IMG/VR virus record: IMGVR_UViG_3300012971_001434
Coordinates: 3,013 to 67,012 of that record
Source: a virus
Taxonomy: Duplodnaviria > Caudoviricetes
Length of the DNA stretch: 64,000 nt
Reading direction: 5' to 3' (one strand)
This document shows positions 35,915-46,132 of this stretch, one piece after another (positions within the stretch are counted from its first letter, which is position 1; every line of letters starts with the position of its first letter). Below the pieces are notes generated by a model. It was not told the DNA's origin. It was given only the letters and a program-made list of their open reading frames with translations, and made no database searches. A program made the position numbers and the translations under genes.

Positions 35915-36877
35915 ATGCGGTATTCGATTCTGATCCCGTGTCGCAATGAAGTCGGCACCATTGTGCGCGTGCTAGAGTCCCTCCTCATGCAGGTGCGCCG
36001 GGTGGGCGCCGGCGAAATACTCGTGGCCGATGGGGCCTCGACGGACGGCACGCGCGTCCTGCTTGACGCGCTCGCCGCGCAGGCGCCCGAGGTACGCATT
36101 GTCGACAATCCCGGCCAGATCGTTTCCACCGGCCTGAACGCCGCCCTCGCCCTGGCGCAGGGCGACGTCATTGTGCGCTGCGATGCGCATACCCAGTATG
36201 CCCCCGACTACGTGGCGCAGTGTCTCGCCGTGCTGGCGAAGACGGACGCCGACAACGTGGGTGGGCCGTGGGTGGCAGTGGGACAGGGCTGGCTGGGTCG
36301 CGCCATCGCGGCGGCGCATCAGTCGCCGCTTTCCTGTGGCGGCGCCCGCAGTCATGACCCGACGTATGAGGGCTGGGTCGACAGTGTGTATCTCGGCTGC
36401 TGGCGTCGGGAGATCTTTGCGCAGGTCGGCAGGTTTGATGAGACGCTCGTGCGCAATCAGGACGATGAGTGGAACTTCCGCCTGCGCAAAGCCGGGGGGC
36501 GGATCTGGCAATCGCCGCGCATCCAGAGTTGGTACACGCCGCGCGCCTCGCTCCGGGCCCTGTGGCGCCAGTATTTCCAGTATGGCCGCTGGAAGGTCGC
36601 CTCACTGCGCAAGCATAGGCGCCCGGCCGCCCTGCGGCATCTCGTACCCGCCGCGGGCCTGAGCACCGCTTGTGTGCTGGCCCTCCTGGGCCTCGTCTGG
36701 ACACCGGCCTGGTGGGCGATCGACGGGCTAGTGGGGCTCTACGGCATGGGGCTAGGCGCTGCCGCGGTCCTCACGGCCCGGCAGGCCGGGTGGGACCTGC
36801 TGCCGCTGCTGCCCGTCGTCTTTGCCTGCGTCCATCTGGCGTATGGTACCGGCTTTCTCGTTGGCCTGTGGCGCTAG
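35915..36877 (+). CDS. GT2 glycosyltransferase (ExoA-like)
   Basis: LIPCRNE, DGASTDGT, RCDAH, RNQDDEWN.RLRKAGG, QYFQYGRWK, C-terminal TMs. Confidence 0.9.
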   Translation: MRYSILIPCRNEVGTIVRVLESLLMQVRRVGAGEILVADGASTDGTRVLLDALAAQAPEVRIVDNPGQIVSTGLNAALALAQGDVIVRCDAHTQYAPDYVAQCLAVLAKTDADNVGGPWVAVGQGWLGRAIAAAHQSPLSCGGARSHDPTYEGWVDSVYLGCWRREIFAQVGRFDETLVRNQDDEWNFRLRKAGGRIWQSPRIQSWYTPRASLRALWRQYFQYGRWKVASLRKHRRPAALRHLVPAAGLSTACVLALLGLVWTPAWWAIDGLVGLYGMGLGAAAVLTARQAGWDLLPLLPVVFACVHLAYGTGFLVGLWR

Positions 36878-36881
36878 AGCG

Positions 36882-39800
36882 TTATTGACTGGCCACACGA
36901 TGGCGGAATTGCCGCCGGCTCCCCTGCCCAGTATAGGCCTGGAGAATTTCTTGCGCTGCGAGCGCGCGATTCCACACCTGGAGATCATCGATGGTGCCGG
37001 CTTCCGCGAGCCCAGGTCCGGCGCTACAGACGCGGAAGGCCCCGCCTGGGGAGGCCGGTGCCGGGGCCGCCGTATTCACGGACGGTTGCCCATTGAGGTA
37101 CGCCCTGAGCGTGCTGCCGTCATACGTCGCGGCGAGATGCAGCCACGTCTGCGCCGGCAGCGGTGCCGGCGTTTGCGGGTATTGCAGGAGCGTCCAGCCC
37201 TGTGTGGCGTTGTACATGCCCCAGGCCTGCTGGTACGCCAGGGTACTATGGGACCAGAAAAACCCCCAGGCGGTGAGGGACCCCCCGTCGGTGAGGGGGC
37301 TGCGATACGTGCTCGCGGTGGGCGCCATGTCCGCCTTCCACCAGAACATGGCTGTCCACTGCGGCAGGTCAAGGGCCGTGGCATTCTGGGCCATATCCGT
37401 GCCGTTGCAGTGTAGGGCAGAGGGCCCGACGCGCCCCGTCACCCAGGTGAGCCCCGTATTGCTGAAGTCGAGGGGGCGTAGCCCGGCCAGATCCGCGGCG
37501 GTGGTGCCGGTGCCGTCATCAAAGGGCCAGTGCGCGACCTGGCCGCCGGTCGGTTGGGGTCCAGCGGCTTCCCAGGCCCCCACGTCCCAGGCGCCGCCGG
37601 TCGGCTGGGGCCGCTGCGTGCCGCCATAATCGCTCGTGGTGGCGGTGCCCACCGGCGTGCCGGTATCAATCGCCGGGCTTATTGGCGGCCCGCGCCGGAC
37701 TTGGAAATCGGTGGGCACCGCGGGGGGCGCCGTGACAAACAGCGGATCCTGGCCGAGCACATTATGATCGATGGCATTGCCCGTGGAGCCGTTGTTCACC
37801 GTGACCTGATCCGTGTCATTGTGCCAGCACAGGATATTGCGCAGGACATTGCTGTTGGAGGGCTGACTGGTGCCCGGTTTGGACACCTGCACGCAGGTAC
37901 CACGGCCGTTCCAGATGGTCAGATTCGCCACCAGGTTGGTCAGCGACGTCTGCGTGCCACAGGCCCCGCCGAGGATGAGACTATCGGCTTGCGGCGCCGC
38001 CCCAAACGTGCCACTCCCGGCAATAATCGTATTGTAGAGCTGATTGCTCTGGCCGCCACAGGCGAGCAGCACGCCGGCGCCAGTGGTATGGACAAAGCTA
38101 CCCCGCACGATGTTCGAGCCCCCGGCACTGAGTCCCGCCAGCGTCAGTCCTGGGCCTTGCGTCTGCGTGATGTCGAGCGCTTGCAGCGTCGAATCGGAGC
38201 CGCCGAAGGCGACACCCACCCCCGGACAGGTGCCGCCGCTTGAGCCGGTGCCAATGGCGCGCACCGTCAGGTCATTCAGCGTCAGCCCGTACGCCGCCTG
38301 GTCCACCTGCACGGCAACCGAGGGCGTACTGGCGGTGCAGGGCGCATGCTCCGGGAAATCGTGCAACGTGAGATGCTGGAGGCGGATATCATGCGAACCG
38401 CTGCGCGCCCCGCTGGTCCCGGTGGCCCCCACCGCGACGCCGGTCGCCTGGGTGCCGGTGGGGAGCTGCGAGCCATCCAGCTGCAACCCATCGACCGTGA
38501 CAAACGCCACCCCGCCGCTGCGCGTCGTGCCGAGCGGCATCATGGCCGACCCGGCGGCCAGCGTCGTCGGTTGCAGGATGGCATTGCCGCGGTTCGTCGC
38601 CTTGATCGTCGTCACCACCGTACTGCTCGTGCCACTGGGCACCGTATCGGGCAGCGCCTCGTGATAGGTGCCGTCGGCAATCTGGAGGGTATCACCACTG
38701 TGCAGACAAGCGATGCCTTTGGTGATGGTATTGACCGGCGTCGTACTACTGACGGCCGCAGGGCAGGCATTATCCGGTGCTCCGGCCTGTACGTAGTAGG
38801 TGGTGGGTCCCACCTGTCCCACCACACCGTAGGGCTGGCCAAAAAACGGCCAGGCCATGGGATCGGCCTGCGTAGCGCTATTGGTGCTCGTATCGTGCCA
38901 GTATTGTTGCCCGTCTTGTAGGGCGGTGTTATTGGAAAAGACGCGCATGGCCATGTAGGTCGACATATAGGTGTAGAGATCGGGATGGCCGGTGAGCGAC
39001 GACGGACGATAATCGGTCTGGAGGCGGGTTTTGACACCCAGCAGGTAGTTCCCCAGGATTTGCTGGCCGGGAAACCCGCTAAAGACGCCGCTCATGCCAT
39101 TGTGATAGGCCATCATGGCGGACGTCGCCACGCTATTGAACTGAAAATAATGATAGCTGCCGTCGTCTTGTTTGGTGCCAGGGTTATTCTCACAGTTGTA
39201 GCAATTGGTGTACCAGGAGTTGAGATCCCCGGCATAATCAAACCGCTCGCGCCCGTAACTGTCGATATTGGCCCCGGACGGAAAGAGCGTGCGGATAAAC
39301 ATCACGAGATCGTAGCGATTCGTGCCGTCGGGGGGTGCGTTCGAGCCGTCATAGGTGAAGCGGTCATGCGGCCAGCCACTATCGGCCCAGTAATCAATCG
39401 AGGCCTGATCGCCCGACATGATGGCCTGCGGCAAATGATTCCAGATATCGTGGGAATACGAGTTGACGTATTCGCCCACGGTCATCCCTTCATGGGTCGG
39501 GGGGGTCCACCCCTGCGATTGATCGGTTTGGTGATCTTGAAAGTTGCCGTTGTTGGCGCCCGAGGAGTATTTAAACCAGTCCCGCGTCGACTGATGCTCA
39601 CTGGCAGACATCGTGTTGGGGTGATAGGCCAGGAGCAGATCGTACATCAGGGCATTCGGAAAGCCACTAAACCCATACCCGGTGCTCTTGAACCAATCGC
39701 CATCATAGCCCGGATGCGGCCAGCTCGTGGGGAAGGCGAGCAGTGCCGCGCGAATGGCGTCGGCTTTGGCCTGCGTCGGCTCGAGCATGTACGTAATCGC

Positions 39801-40112
39801 CGCCCGCGTATTGGTGCGCCACGGTTCATAGGCATCGGGGTTGTTGACATTCCCGGCCACCGCCAGCACGCCTTGATACAGGCTGGTATAGCGCTGCCAC
39901 AGCCAGTCCGGCGTATGGTAGACGAGCAGTTGCGTGCGCATCTGGTCAATTTCGGCTTGCGTCCAGAACAAGCGGGGATTGGCCCCCGCGGGAATGGGGA
40001 CGACGCGGCCCCAGAGACCTTTGGTGGTATTATCGGCGGGCTGCGCCTCGGCCAGCGTCGTGCTCAGCACGAGCAGGAGTGCCAGCGCGCCCCAGTGCCA
40101 GCGTTGTCGCAT
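36882..40112 (-). CDS. secreted multidomain protein: alpha-helical lyase-like + beta-helix + LamG
   Basis: Signal peptide MRQRWHWGALALLLVLSTTLAEA; RLFWTQAEID; PbH repeats; SPAIDTG..WDVGAWE; LamG WLHLAATYDG. Confidence 0.85.
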   Translation of the reverse strand: MRQRWHWGALALLLVLSTTLAEAQPADNTTKGLWGRVVPIPAGANPRLFWTQAEIDQMRTQLLVYHTPDWLWQRYTSLYQGVLAVAGNVNNPDAYEPWRTNTRAAITYMLEPTQAKADAIRAALLAFPTSWPHPGYDGDWFKSTGYGFSGFPNALMYDLLLAYHPNTMSASEHQSTRDWFKYSSGANNGNFQDHQTDQSQGWTPPTHEGMTVGEYVNSYSHDIWNHLPQAIMSGDQASIDYWADSGWPHDRFTYDGSNAPPDGTNRYDLVMFIRTLFPSGANIDSYGRERFDYAGDLNSWYTNCYNCENNPGTKQDDGSYHYFQFNSVATSAMMAYHNGMSGVFSGFPGQQILGNYLLGVKTRLQTDYRPSSLTGHPDLYTYMSTYMAMRVFSNNTALQDGQQYWHDTSTNSATQADPMAWPFFGQPYGVVGQVGPTTYYVQAGAPDNACPAAVSSTTPVNTITKGIACLHSGDTLQIADGTYHEALPDTVPSGTSSTVVTTIKATNRGNAILQPTTLAAGSAMMPLGTTRSGGVAFVTVDGLQLDGSQLPTGTQATGVAVGATGTSGARSGSHDIRLQHLTLHDFPEHAPCTASTPSVAVQVDQAAYGLTLNDLTVRAIGTGSSGGTCPGVGVAFGGSDSTLQALDITQTQGPGLTLAGLSAGGSNIVRGSFVHTTGAGVLLACGGQSNQLYNTIIAGSGTFGAAPQADSLILGGACGTQTSLTNLVANLTIWNGRGTCVQVSKPGTSQPSNSNVLRNILCWHNDTDQVTVNNGSTGNAIDHNVLGQDPLFVTAPPAVPTDFQVRRGPPISPAIDTGTPVGTATTSDYGGTQRPQPTGGAWDVGAWEAAGPQPTGGQVAHWPFDDGTGTTAADLAGLRPLDFSNTGLTWVTGRVGPSALHCNGTDMAQNATALDLPQWTAMFWWKADMAPTASTYRSPLTDGGSLTAWGFFWSHSTLAYQQAWGMYNATQGWTLLQYPQTPAPLPAQTWLHLAATYDGSTLRAYLNGQPSVNTAAPAPASPGGAFRVCSAGPGLAEAGTIDDLQVWNRALAAQEILQAYTGQGSRRQFRHRVASQ

Positions 40113-40152
40113 CAGTGTCCCCTTCTTGCACGACGACGTGCCAAGACGCGGC

Positions 40153-43100
40153 TCAGTGGCCAATGGCCCGGTGGGCCACGCGGCGCCCCAGCGGGCGTCC
40201 GTTGTACTCCAAGTGCACCTCGTTCGCCGAGAGCGTCCGGTTCCAGAGTTTCAGCTCATCGATCATCCCACTCCACGGATAGGCTCCGGCCGCATTGCCA
40301 CACACGAAGAGTTGATCGGTGGGTGGTATCATCGCGCCCACATTCTGCACCACCGTACTCTGTGCGCCATTGACGTAGAGACGCATGGTGTTGGCGGGGG
40401 ACTCGAACGTCAGCGCCACATGATTCCAGGTGTTGGGGGACAGCAGCGCGCCGGGAATCTGCGCGATGTTGTACACGTTGGAGACATTGTGATGGTAGGC
40501 CGACTGCGTATCGGTGGCTGTGGGGTGATCCCAGACAAACCCAAACGCGTCGCCCGTCCCGGTGGTGTAATTGCCATTAATAAACACGGTGCTGGCGGTC
40601 GCGGTGGTCGGCGTGGCGACACCCTGGATCCACGCCATCCACGTATAGGCCGTGAGGCCGGTAAAGGCGGGCGTCGTGGCTCGCCCGGTGTTGCCCTGAC
40701 ATTTGAGTGCCCCGCTGCCGACCTGTCCTGGCCCCCAGGTGACACCCGACGACAGCGTCAGGGTATGGCCATTCCCCGTGCTATCCGCCGCCGTGGTGCC
40801 CGTGCTCTCCTCGAACTTCCACCAGGCGATCGGCCCGGCCGCTGTGCTGCCAGGCCCCGCCGTTTCCCACGCGCCCACGTCCTGCTGCGTGCCTTGCTTG
40901 CGGGGATTGCCGCCGTAGTCGGTGGTGGACCCGCTCAGGGTCGTGGTGACCCCGGCATCGATCGCGGGGGACGTCGGCGGCCCGACCTGCACCTGAAAAT
41001 CCGGCGCCGTCACCGGCGGACTCGTGACAAAGAGCGGATCGCCGTAGGGCGGCGCCGTCGAGCCGGTGACCAGGTTGTGGTCGATGGTATTGCCCGTGCC
41101 GCTGACCACCGTCACGGCATCGCTTGGTGTCCCCGTGATGTCGTTTTGCCAGCACAGGTTGTTCTGGATGGTGTTGGTGTTCGAGGGGCCGGCCGTGACG
41201 CCCGTCGTCGTCCCCACCTGGATGCAGGTCCCGGCGCCGTGGTAGATGGTATTGTTGACCAACACATTCCCACTGGAGGTCTGACTGGCGCAGGTGCCCC
41301 CGAGCACCAGCGTGCCGGTTTGCGGCGCTACGCCGTAGCGCCCGATCTGACTAAGAATATTATTATAAAACTGGTTATTGGTGCTGCCGCAGGCCAGTGC
41401 GACCGCACCGCCACTGTCGTGAAAAAAACTGTTGCGGAGGATATTATTGCCGCCTGACGCTGACGTGTCGCCGCGGGAGAGAGCCGCGCCCTGACAGTGA
41501 TCGACTTCCACCCCGTCCAGGGTCGAGTTGCTCCCATTGTGCCCGAGGCAAAGGCTGCATACCTGGCCCGCCGTGGCGCCGCTGCCGATATAATCAATAT
41601 GACTCCTGGTGAGCTGTATCCGGGTATCCGCACCGGTCGTGAGGAAGCCCACCGACTCCTGCCCGACGGCACAGGACGCCGTCTGATGATTGGGGAGGGC
41701 GCGAATCTCCATGTTGGTGAAGACCAAGTCACTGGAGCCGCCCCCCGAGGCCGTGCCGGTGGCCACGCCACGCGCCTGCTGTCCCGCCGGCAGGCGGGAG
41801 CCATCCAGCGTCAAACCATCGATCGTGATCCACTGCTTGCCGTTGGCGGTCTGCGGCCCCACATTGACGATGGCCGTACTTCCCGAGGGCAGCGTCTGCG
41901 GTTGCAGTATGACGCTCCCGGTGTTCGTGGTGTGCTGCGTCTGGATCACCGTGGGGCTCCCGAGTTGGCCCGAGGGAATGCCGTCCCCGATTCCCTCCGT
42001 ATAGGTCCCGTCCATGACGATGACCTTTTGTCCGCCCTGGAGGCACGACAGCACGCCAGGGCCGGTACTGTCGTCTTGAAAGGTGTGCTTGGCAAAAGTC
42101 GACTGCTGCGCCGCCGTACAGTTATTCCCATTGAGGCCGTTCGGACTGATGTAGTAGGGCCCCGTCACTTGGGGCTGGCCTTCTGGGATGGAATCAGAAC
42201 AGGTTCCCCTGGCATAACAGTCCTGCAAGATATACATCTTCGAAATGAGGGTGGGATGACTCCAATCAATATATTCGCCCGGCTGGATGCCGATTTTCGA
42301 GCCGAGATCCCCCGCGAGCACATCCGTCCTCCCGGCCACTTGTTGCATCCACCCCATCCAGGGCGCCTGCGTAATGTTGTTGGAGTTCAACCCGTTCAGA
42401 AATGACTCCAGGAGCGGCTGCGTGATCCACGGCGGCCCTGGGCCGCCGGTATCCAGCATAAAGGCCCCCTCCTCATGGAGCGCATAGACAAAGACTTTGA
42501 GTCCTTGCGGAATGACGAGCGGATTGGCGGCCGCAAAGGCATCAATGGCGGCGCGGTCCATATCGAGCCACATGCGCGAACCGACCGGCAGCCCTGGCGT
42601 GCCAGCGGTCGCCTCACAGAGCCCAGCAAAGGTGGCGGGATAGTGCGCCACACAGTCACAGAAACAGGAGGCGTAGACGTGCAGGGCATGCCGATGCTCG
42701 AGTAACTGCGTCACTTCGAGGTAGGTACTCGGGAGCACCGTCATGGCATCGCCGGCATTCAGCGCGCCGTAGTGATTGCCTGGGTCGGTAATCTTGCCCC
42801 AATAGGCCCCGTAGAGGGTATCCTGGCAGAAGGTGCCCCCGGCGACCCCCGGCGACGAGATGACGTCGCCGTCTTGCCAGTCACGGGGCTGTCCCACGTA
42901 GGTGCCCTGCGGCGACGGCGCGGTGAAACAGCCGCCCAGGCCTACCACGTCGCCATTTTGCTGCATGACCTCCATAAACGTGTCGGAGCCGTAGTTCAGT
43001 TCCCCAGACATGCGGGCGTAGGGCGGAATGTGAAAGTAATGCTTGCCATTGGCCGTCCCATCCCCCCCGGACGTCCCGAAATACGTCGCCCACATGCGCG

Positions 43101-43566
43101 AATGCCCATTGAGGGTATCACAGCCATAGTGCACGTGGGAGACCTCGCTGCCGGGCGCGCCGTCATAACAGATGACCGACACGAGCGGATCGGTGTCTTT
43201 GGCGACGTAATAGGGATGATCCTGGGTGATCCCCTGCCCATACTGCGTGGGTTTCTGCGCCTGCGCAAAATAATAATTGCTGCCGTCCGGCTGCGGCCGC
43301 GCGCTCCCACTGCTGACCAAATAATGCTGGCGCAGGATCGTCGTATTCGCCGTATCGATGTTCTGGGGATGCTCGGGCAAGCGCGCCCGCCACGGGAGAT
43401 AGGCATAGGAACAATAGTCCGCTGGCATGCCTGAGCCATTATTGGTGAGATGCGAGTAATTGTTCGGGGTACAGGGGTGGGTGAACTGGGCACGGGCCAC
43501 TCCTAAGGCCAGCCCGACCAGCACCACCGTCATGAGCAGAGGCAGCAGGTAGCGTCGCCTGCTCAT
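40153..43566 (-). CDS. secreted multidomain protein: unknown N-domain + beta-helix + LamG
   Basis: Signal peptide MSRRRYLLPLLMTVVLVGLALGVARA; same beta-helix and LamG modules. Confidence 0.85.
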   Translation of the reverse strand: MSRRRYLLPLLMTVVLVGLALGVARAQFTHPCTPNNYSHLTNNGSGMPADYCSYAYLPWRARLPEHPQNIDTANTTILRQHYLVSSGSARPQPDGSNYYFAQAQKPTQYGQGITQDHPYYVAKDTDPLVSVICYDGAPGSEVSHVHYGCDTLNGHSRMWATYFGTSGGDGTANGKHYFHIPPYARMSGELNYGSDTFMEVMQQNGDVVGLGGCFTAPSPQGTYVGQPRDWQDGDVISSPGVAGGTFCQDTLYGAYWGKITDPGNHYGALNAGDAMTVLPSTYLEVTQLLEHRHALHVYASCFCDCVAHYPATFAGLCEATAGTPGLPVGSRMWLDMDRAAIDAFAAANPLVIPQGLKVFVYALHEEGAFMLDTGGPGPPWITQPLLESFLNGLNSNNITQAPWMGWMQQVAGRTDVLAGDLGSKIGIQPGEYIDWSHPTLISKMYILQDCYARGTCSDSIPEGQPQVTGPYYISPNGLNGNNCTAAQQSTFAKHTFQDDSTGPGVLSCLQGGQKVIVMDGTYTEGIGDGIPSGQLGSPTVIQTQHTTNTGSVILQPQTLPSGSTAIVNVGPQTANGKQWITIDGLTLDGSRLPAGQQARGVATGTASGGGSSDLVFTNMEIRALPNHQTASCAVGQESVGFLTTGADTRIQLTRSHIDYIGSGATAGQVCSLCLGHNGSNSTLDGVEVDHCQGAALSRGDTSASGGNNILRNSFFHDSGGAVALACGSTNNQFYNNILSQIGRYGVAPQTGTLVLGGTCASQTSSGNVLVNNTIYHGAGTCIQVGTTTGVTAGPSNTNTIQNNLCWQNDITGTPSDAVTVVSGTGNTIDHNLVTGSTAPPYGDPLFVTSPPVTAPDFQVQVGPPTSPAIDAGVTTTLSGSTTDYGGNPRKQGTQQDVGAWETAGPGSTAAGPIAWWKFEESTGTTAADSTGNGHTLTLSSGVTWGPGQVGSGALKCQGNTGRATTPAFTGLTAYTWMAWIQGVATPTTATASTVFINGNYTTGTGDAFGFVWDHPTATDTQSAYHHNVSNVYNIAQIPGALLSPNTWNHVALTFESPANTMRLYVNGAQSTVVQNVGAMIPPTDQLFVCGNAAGAYPWSGMIDELKLWNRTLSANEVHLEYNGRPLGRRVAHRAIGH

Positions 43567-43661
43567 CTCTTGCCTGCGCCGCTTGCGTGTCCGTGTCCTT
43601 TTTGCTAGGCTGGTTTGGTGGGTCATGCAGGTGCATCCTTTTCACATCGAAAGGCCTCGTT

Positions 43662-43961
43662 ATGCTCGCGTCTGTGTTCCTTGCCGCCTGGATCCTGTGG
43701 CAGCAACCCTTCACCGTGGAATGTACACGCCAGACCCGCGAGGCGGTCCCCAAGTGTCACTTCCTCCCGCTGACCGAGGCCCCCACGGTGAAAGGCGGCC
43801 CCTTTGCCACGGTGAACGCCTGTGCCCTGGAAATCACGCCCCCTGGTTTCTCGCTGCGCGCGCCAGCGCTCTTCGCCGCGCCCGAGCACCCGATGCGGGT
43901 GACCAAGATGCTCACAGCCTGTCGGCCCGAGGGCGACGTGCCGCAGAGTCTCGTGCAATAA
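43662..43961 (+). CDS. small secreted Cys protein, antisense to the operon
   Basis: Hydrophobic N-terminus, 4 Cys, high GC at third codon positions, AAAGG SD. Confidence 0.5.
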   Translation: MLASVFLAAWILWQQPFTVECTRQTREAVPKCHFLPLTEAPTVKGGPFATVNACALEITPPGFSLRAPALFAAPEHPMRVTKMLTACRPEGDVPQSLVQ

Positions 43962-43985
43962 CATCCTCAACCTGCCGCCGGGGCC

Positions 43986-46118
43986 CTAATGTTCTTCGAC
44001 GCGCCGCACGCGGCCGGCCATGCTGCGGTACAGAGCCTGCACGTCCGTATCCTGGAGATACTGGGTATAGAGGCGCACGTCATCGACCTTGCCGTTGCCA
44101 TTGACGATGTGCGCCGGTTTATTCCAGCGCCCAGCCTCAAAGGGCGTCGTCTGGGCCGTCGTGGGCGCACTAAAACTGCTACTGCTCGTCTGCGGCTGCC
44201 CATTCACCCAGATTTTGGCCTGACCGGGGCTGTTCCCATCCGCCCCGACCGCGACATGCGCCCAGGTGCCGACATAGGACGCAAAATTCAGGTACAGGGA
44301 GCCGCCCCCCGTGTGCGTGGTATCATCCCACGCGCCATACTGCCAGTAGAGATACCCATCGGGGCACGGGGCACAGACGCCGAACAGATTGGGCGTCGGG
44401 CTGGCGGTGCCCAGCGCCATCGCGCCCCCAGTCTGCACCAGCACCCAGAACATGAGGGTGACCGGCTGCTGGCTGCCGGGCCAGACAAAGGGCGTCGCCG
44501 CACTCGTCTCAACATGCTCGCCGCTCCCGGTGACCTGGAGCCCTTGCGGGCCGACCCGTGCTGGGATATGGCCGGGCAGGGGCGTGCCCGTCAGGGTGCC
44601 CGGATGATTATTCGCGGTGGCATCTGCCGCTACCGTGCCACTCGGCTCATCCAGCTTCCAATACAGATAGAGGCCAGGCGGGAGCGTCGTCACCGGCGAG
44701 CCACCCATCTCCCAGGCGCCCAGATCGCAGGTACTCCCGGCGGGTTGAGGACGGGTCTGGCCATCAAAGGCTGTGGCCATACTGGCGACATCACACAGGC
44801 CGGCGCCCAGGGCCGGCGAGGTGGCTTTGAGCTGGAAGTCCGTGGCTTTGATGCCCGCGGCCCGGTAGTCCGTACTGGAAGGCGGCATCGTCGTGACGAA
44901 CTGGGGGTCCTGGGTCATCGCGCAATTCGAGCCACTGGTGCCACACAAATTGTTACTGAGGACATTCGTCGCCGAGCCGTCCGAGAGATTGCTGATCCCT
45001 TCAGAGGAGGATGGCTGCGTCGACACACAGATATTGTTGCGCACGGTGTTGTTGCCGGAATAGACACCGCCTTGCCCAGAGGACAGCGAGAGCGCAATGC
45101 ACCGCAGCTCCCCACTTGCCCCCACATTGACCAGCGTATTGTTATAGATATAGTTATTATTGGGCTGTGCCCCCGAGCAACTGGGGCCGGTAGTAATGCC
45201 GCCGAACTGCCCGCCCGCAGCCGGGGTGACCCCAATGAGCACGCCGGTGCGGGCAATAATATTGTTGTAGACGTAGTTCGGTTGTGGGGAGCCACACATC
45301 ATGAGCGCGGCAGCGCCTATATCATGAAAATAGTTATTCCGTATAATATTATTATAGAAATGGCTCCCGGTGGAATACCCATGAATCGCAAAGCCGCAGC
45401 CGTGGTCAAATTCATTGTTTTCAATAATGTTGTTCCAGCCTGAAATATACATGGCGTAGGACACGCAGCCTTGCTCACCGGCGTTCACGGTGTTATGGTT
45501 ACGGTGCACGCCGTAATCGTGGAAATAAATGTTGCGATAGATGAAGTCATGGCCATTGCCCGCCTGCCCGGTCATGGTACAAAAGTTGGAAATACTCCCG
45601 GTATCCTGACAGCCCGACGCTTCCAGATCCAGAAACCAGATGTCATGCGCCCCGTCCGTATCCGAGGGATAGAGGCCCCCCTGCGCGCTAAAGGCGGTGA
45701 GGACATAGTCGGGATTGACGCTGATTTTCAGGCCCTGCAGCGTAATATAGCTTTTGGCGCTCCCCTGGGTCCCGTTACAGCAGCCGAGGAGAATCGCGAC
45801 CCCGCCGCCGCAGGTGGACGGCGGGGTAAACACGGCCTTGCGCTGATTCTCGGCTTTCACCGTCGTGTGCTGGGACGCCGTGCCGGACGGAATCACATCC
45901 GTCATACACTCATTATAGGTGCCATCCAGGAGCACGAGGGTATCCCCCGCGTGCAGGCAGGCGGCCCCCGCATTCGCCGTCGCAATCGCGGTGGTGGCGT
46001 TTTGCGCCGCCGCACATGACGTATTCGAGCCGCCAGGCTGCGCATAATAGGTCGTGGCGCCACAGACAGACGCGTGCAGGAGTAGTAGGGAGGCAAGGAG
46101 CCACAAACGTCGCCACAT
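43986..46118 (-). CDS. secreted beta-helix + LamG protein
   Basis: Signal peptide MWRRLWLLASLLLLHASVCGA; YYAQPGG..LHAGDTLVLLDGTY; LamG C-terminus. Confidence 0.88.
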   Translation of the reverse strand: MWRRLWLLASLLLLHASVCGATTYYAQPGGSNTSCAAAQNATTAIATANAGAACLHAGDTLVLLDGTYNECMTDVIPSGTASQHTTVKAENQRKAVFTPPSTCGGGVAILLGCCNGTQGSAKSYITLQGLKISVNPDYVLTAFSAQGGLYPSDTDGAHDIWFLDLEASGCQDTGSISNFCTMTGQAGNGHDFIYRNIYFHDYGVHRNHNTVNAGEQGCVSYAMYISGWNNIIENNEFDHGCGFAIHGYSTGSHFYNNIIRNNYFHDIGAAALMMCGSPQPNYVYNNIIARTGVLIGVTPAAGGQFGGITTGPSCSGAQPNNNYIYNNTLVNVGASGELRCIALSLSSGQGGVYSGNNTVRNNICVSTQPSSSEGISNLSDGSATNVLSNNLCGTSGSNCAMTQDPQFVTTMPPSSTDYRAAGIKATDFQLKATSPALGAGLCDVASMATAFDGQTRPQPAGSTCDLGAWEMGGSPVTTLPPGLYLYWKLDEPSGTVAADATANNHPGTLTGTPLPGHIPARVGPQGLQVTGSGEHVETSAATPFVWPGSQQPVTLMFWVLVQTGGAMALGTASPTPNLFGVCAPCPDGYLYWQYGAWDDTTHTGGGSLYLNFASYVGTWAHVAVGADGNSPGQAKIWVNGQPQTSSSSFSAPTTAQTTPFEAGRWNKPAHIVNGNGKVDDVRLYTQYLQDTDVQALYRSMAGRVRRVEEH

Positions 46119-46132
46119 GATTGTTCCCTTTC

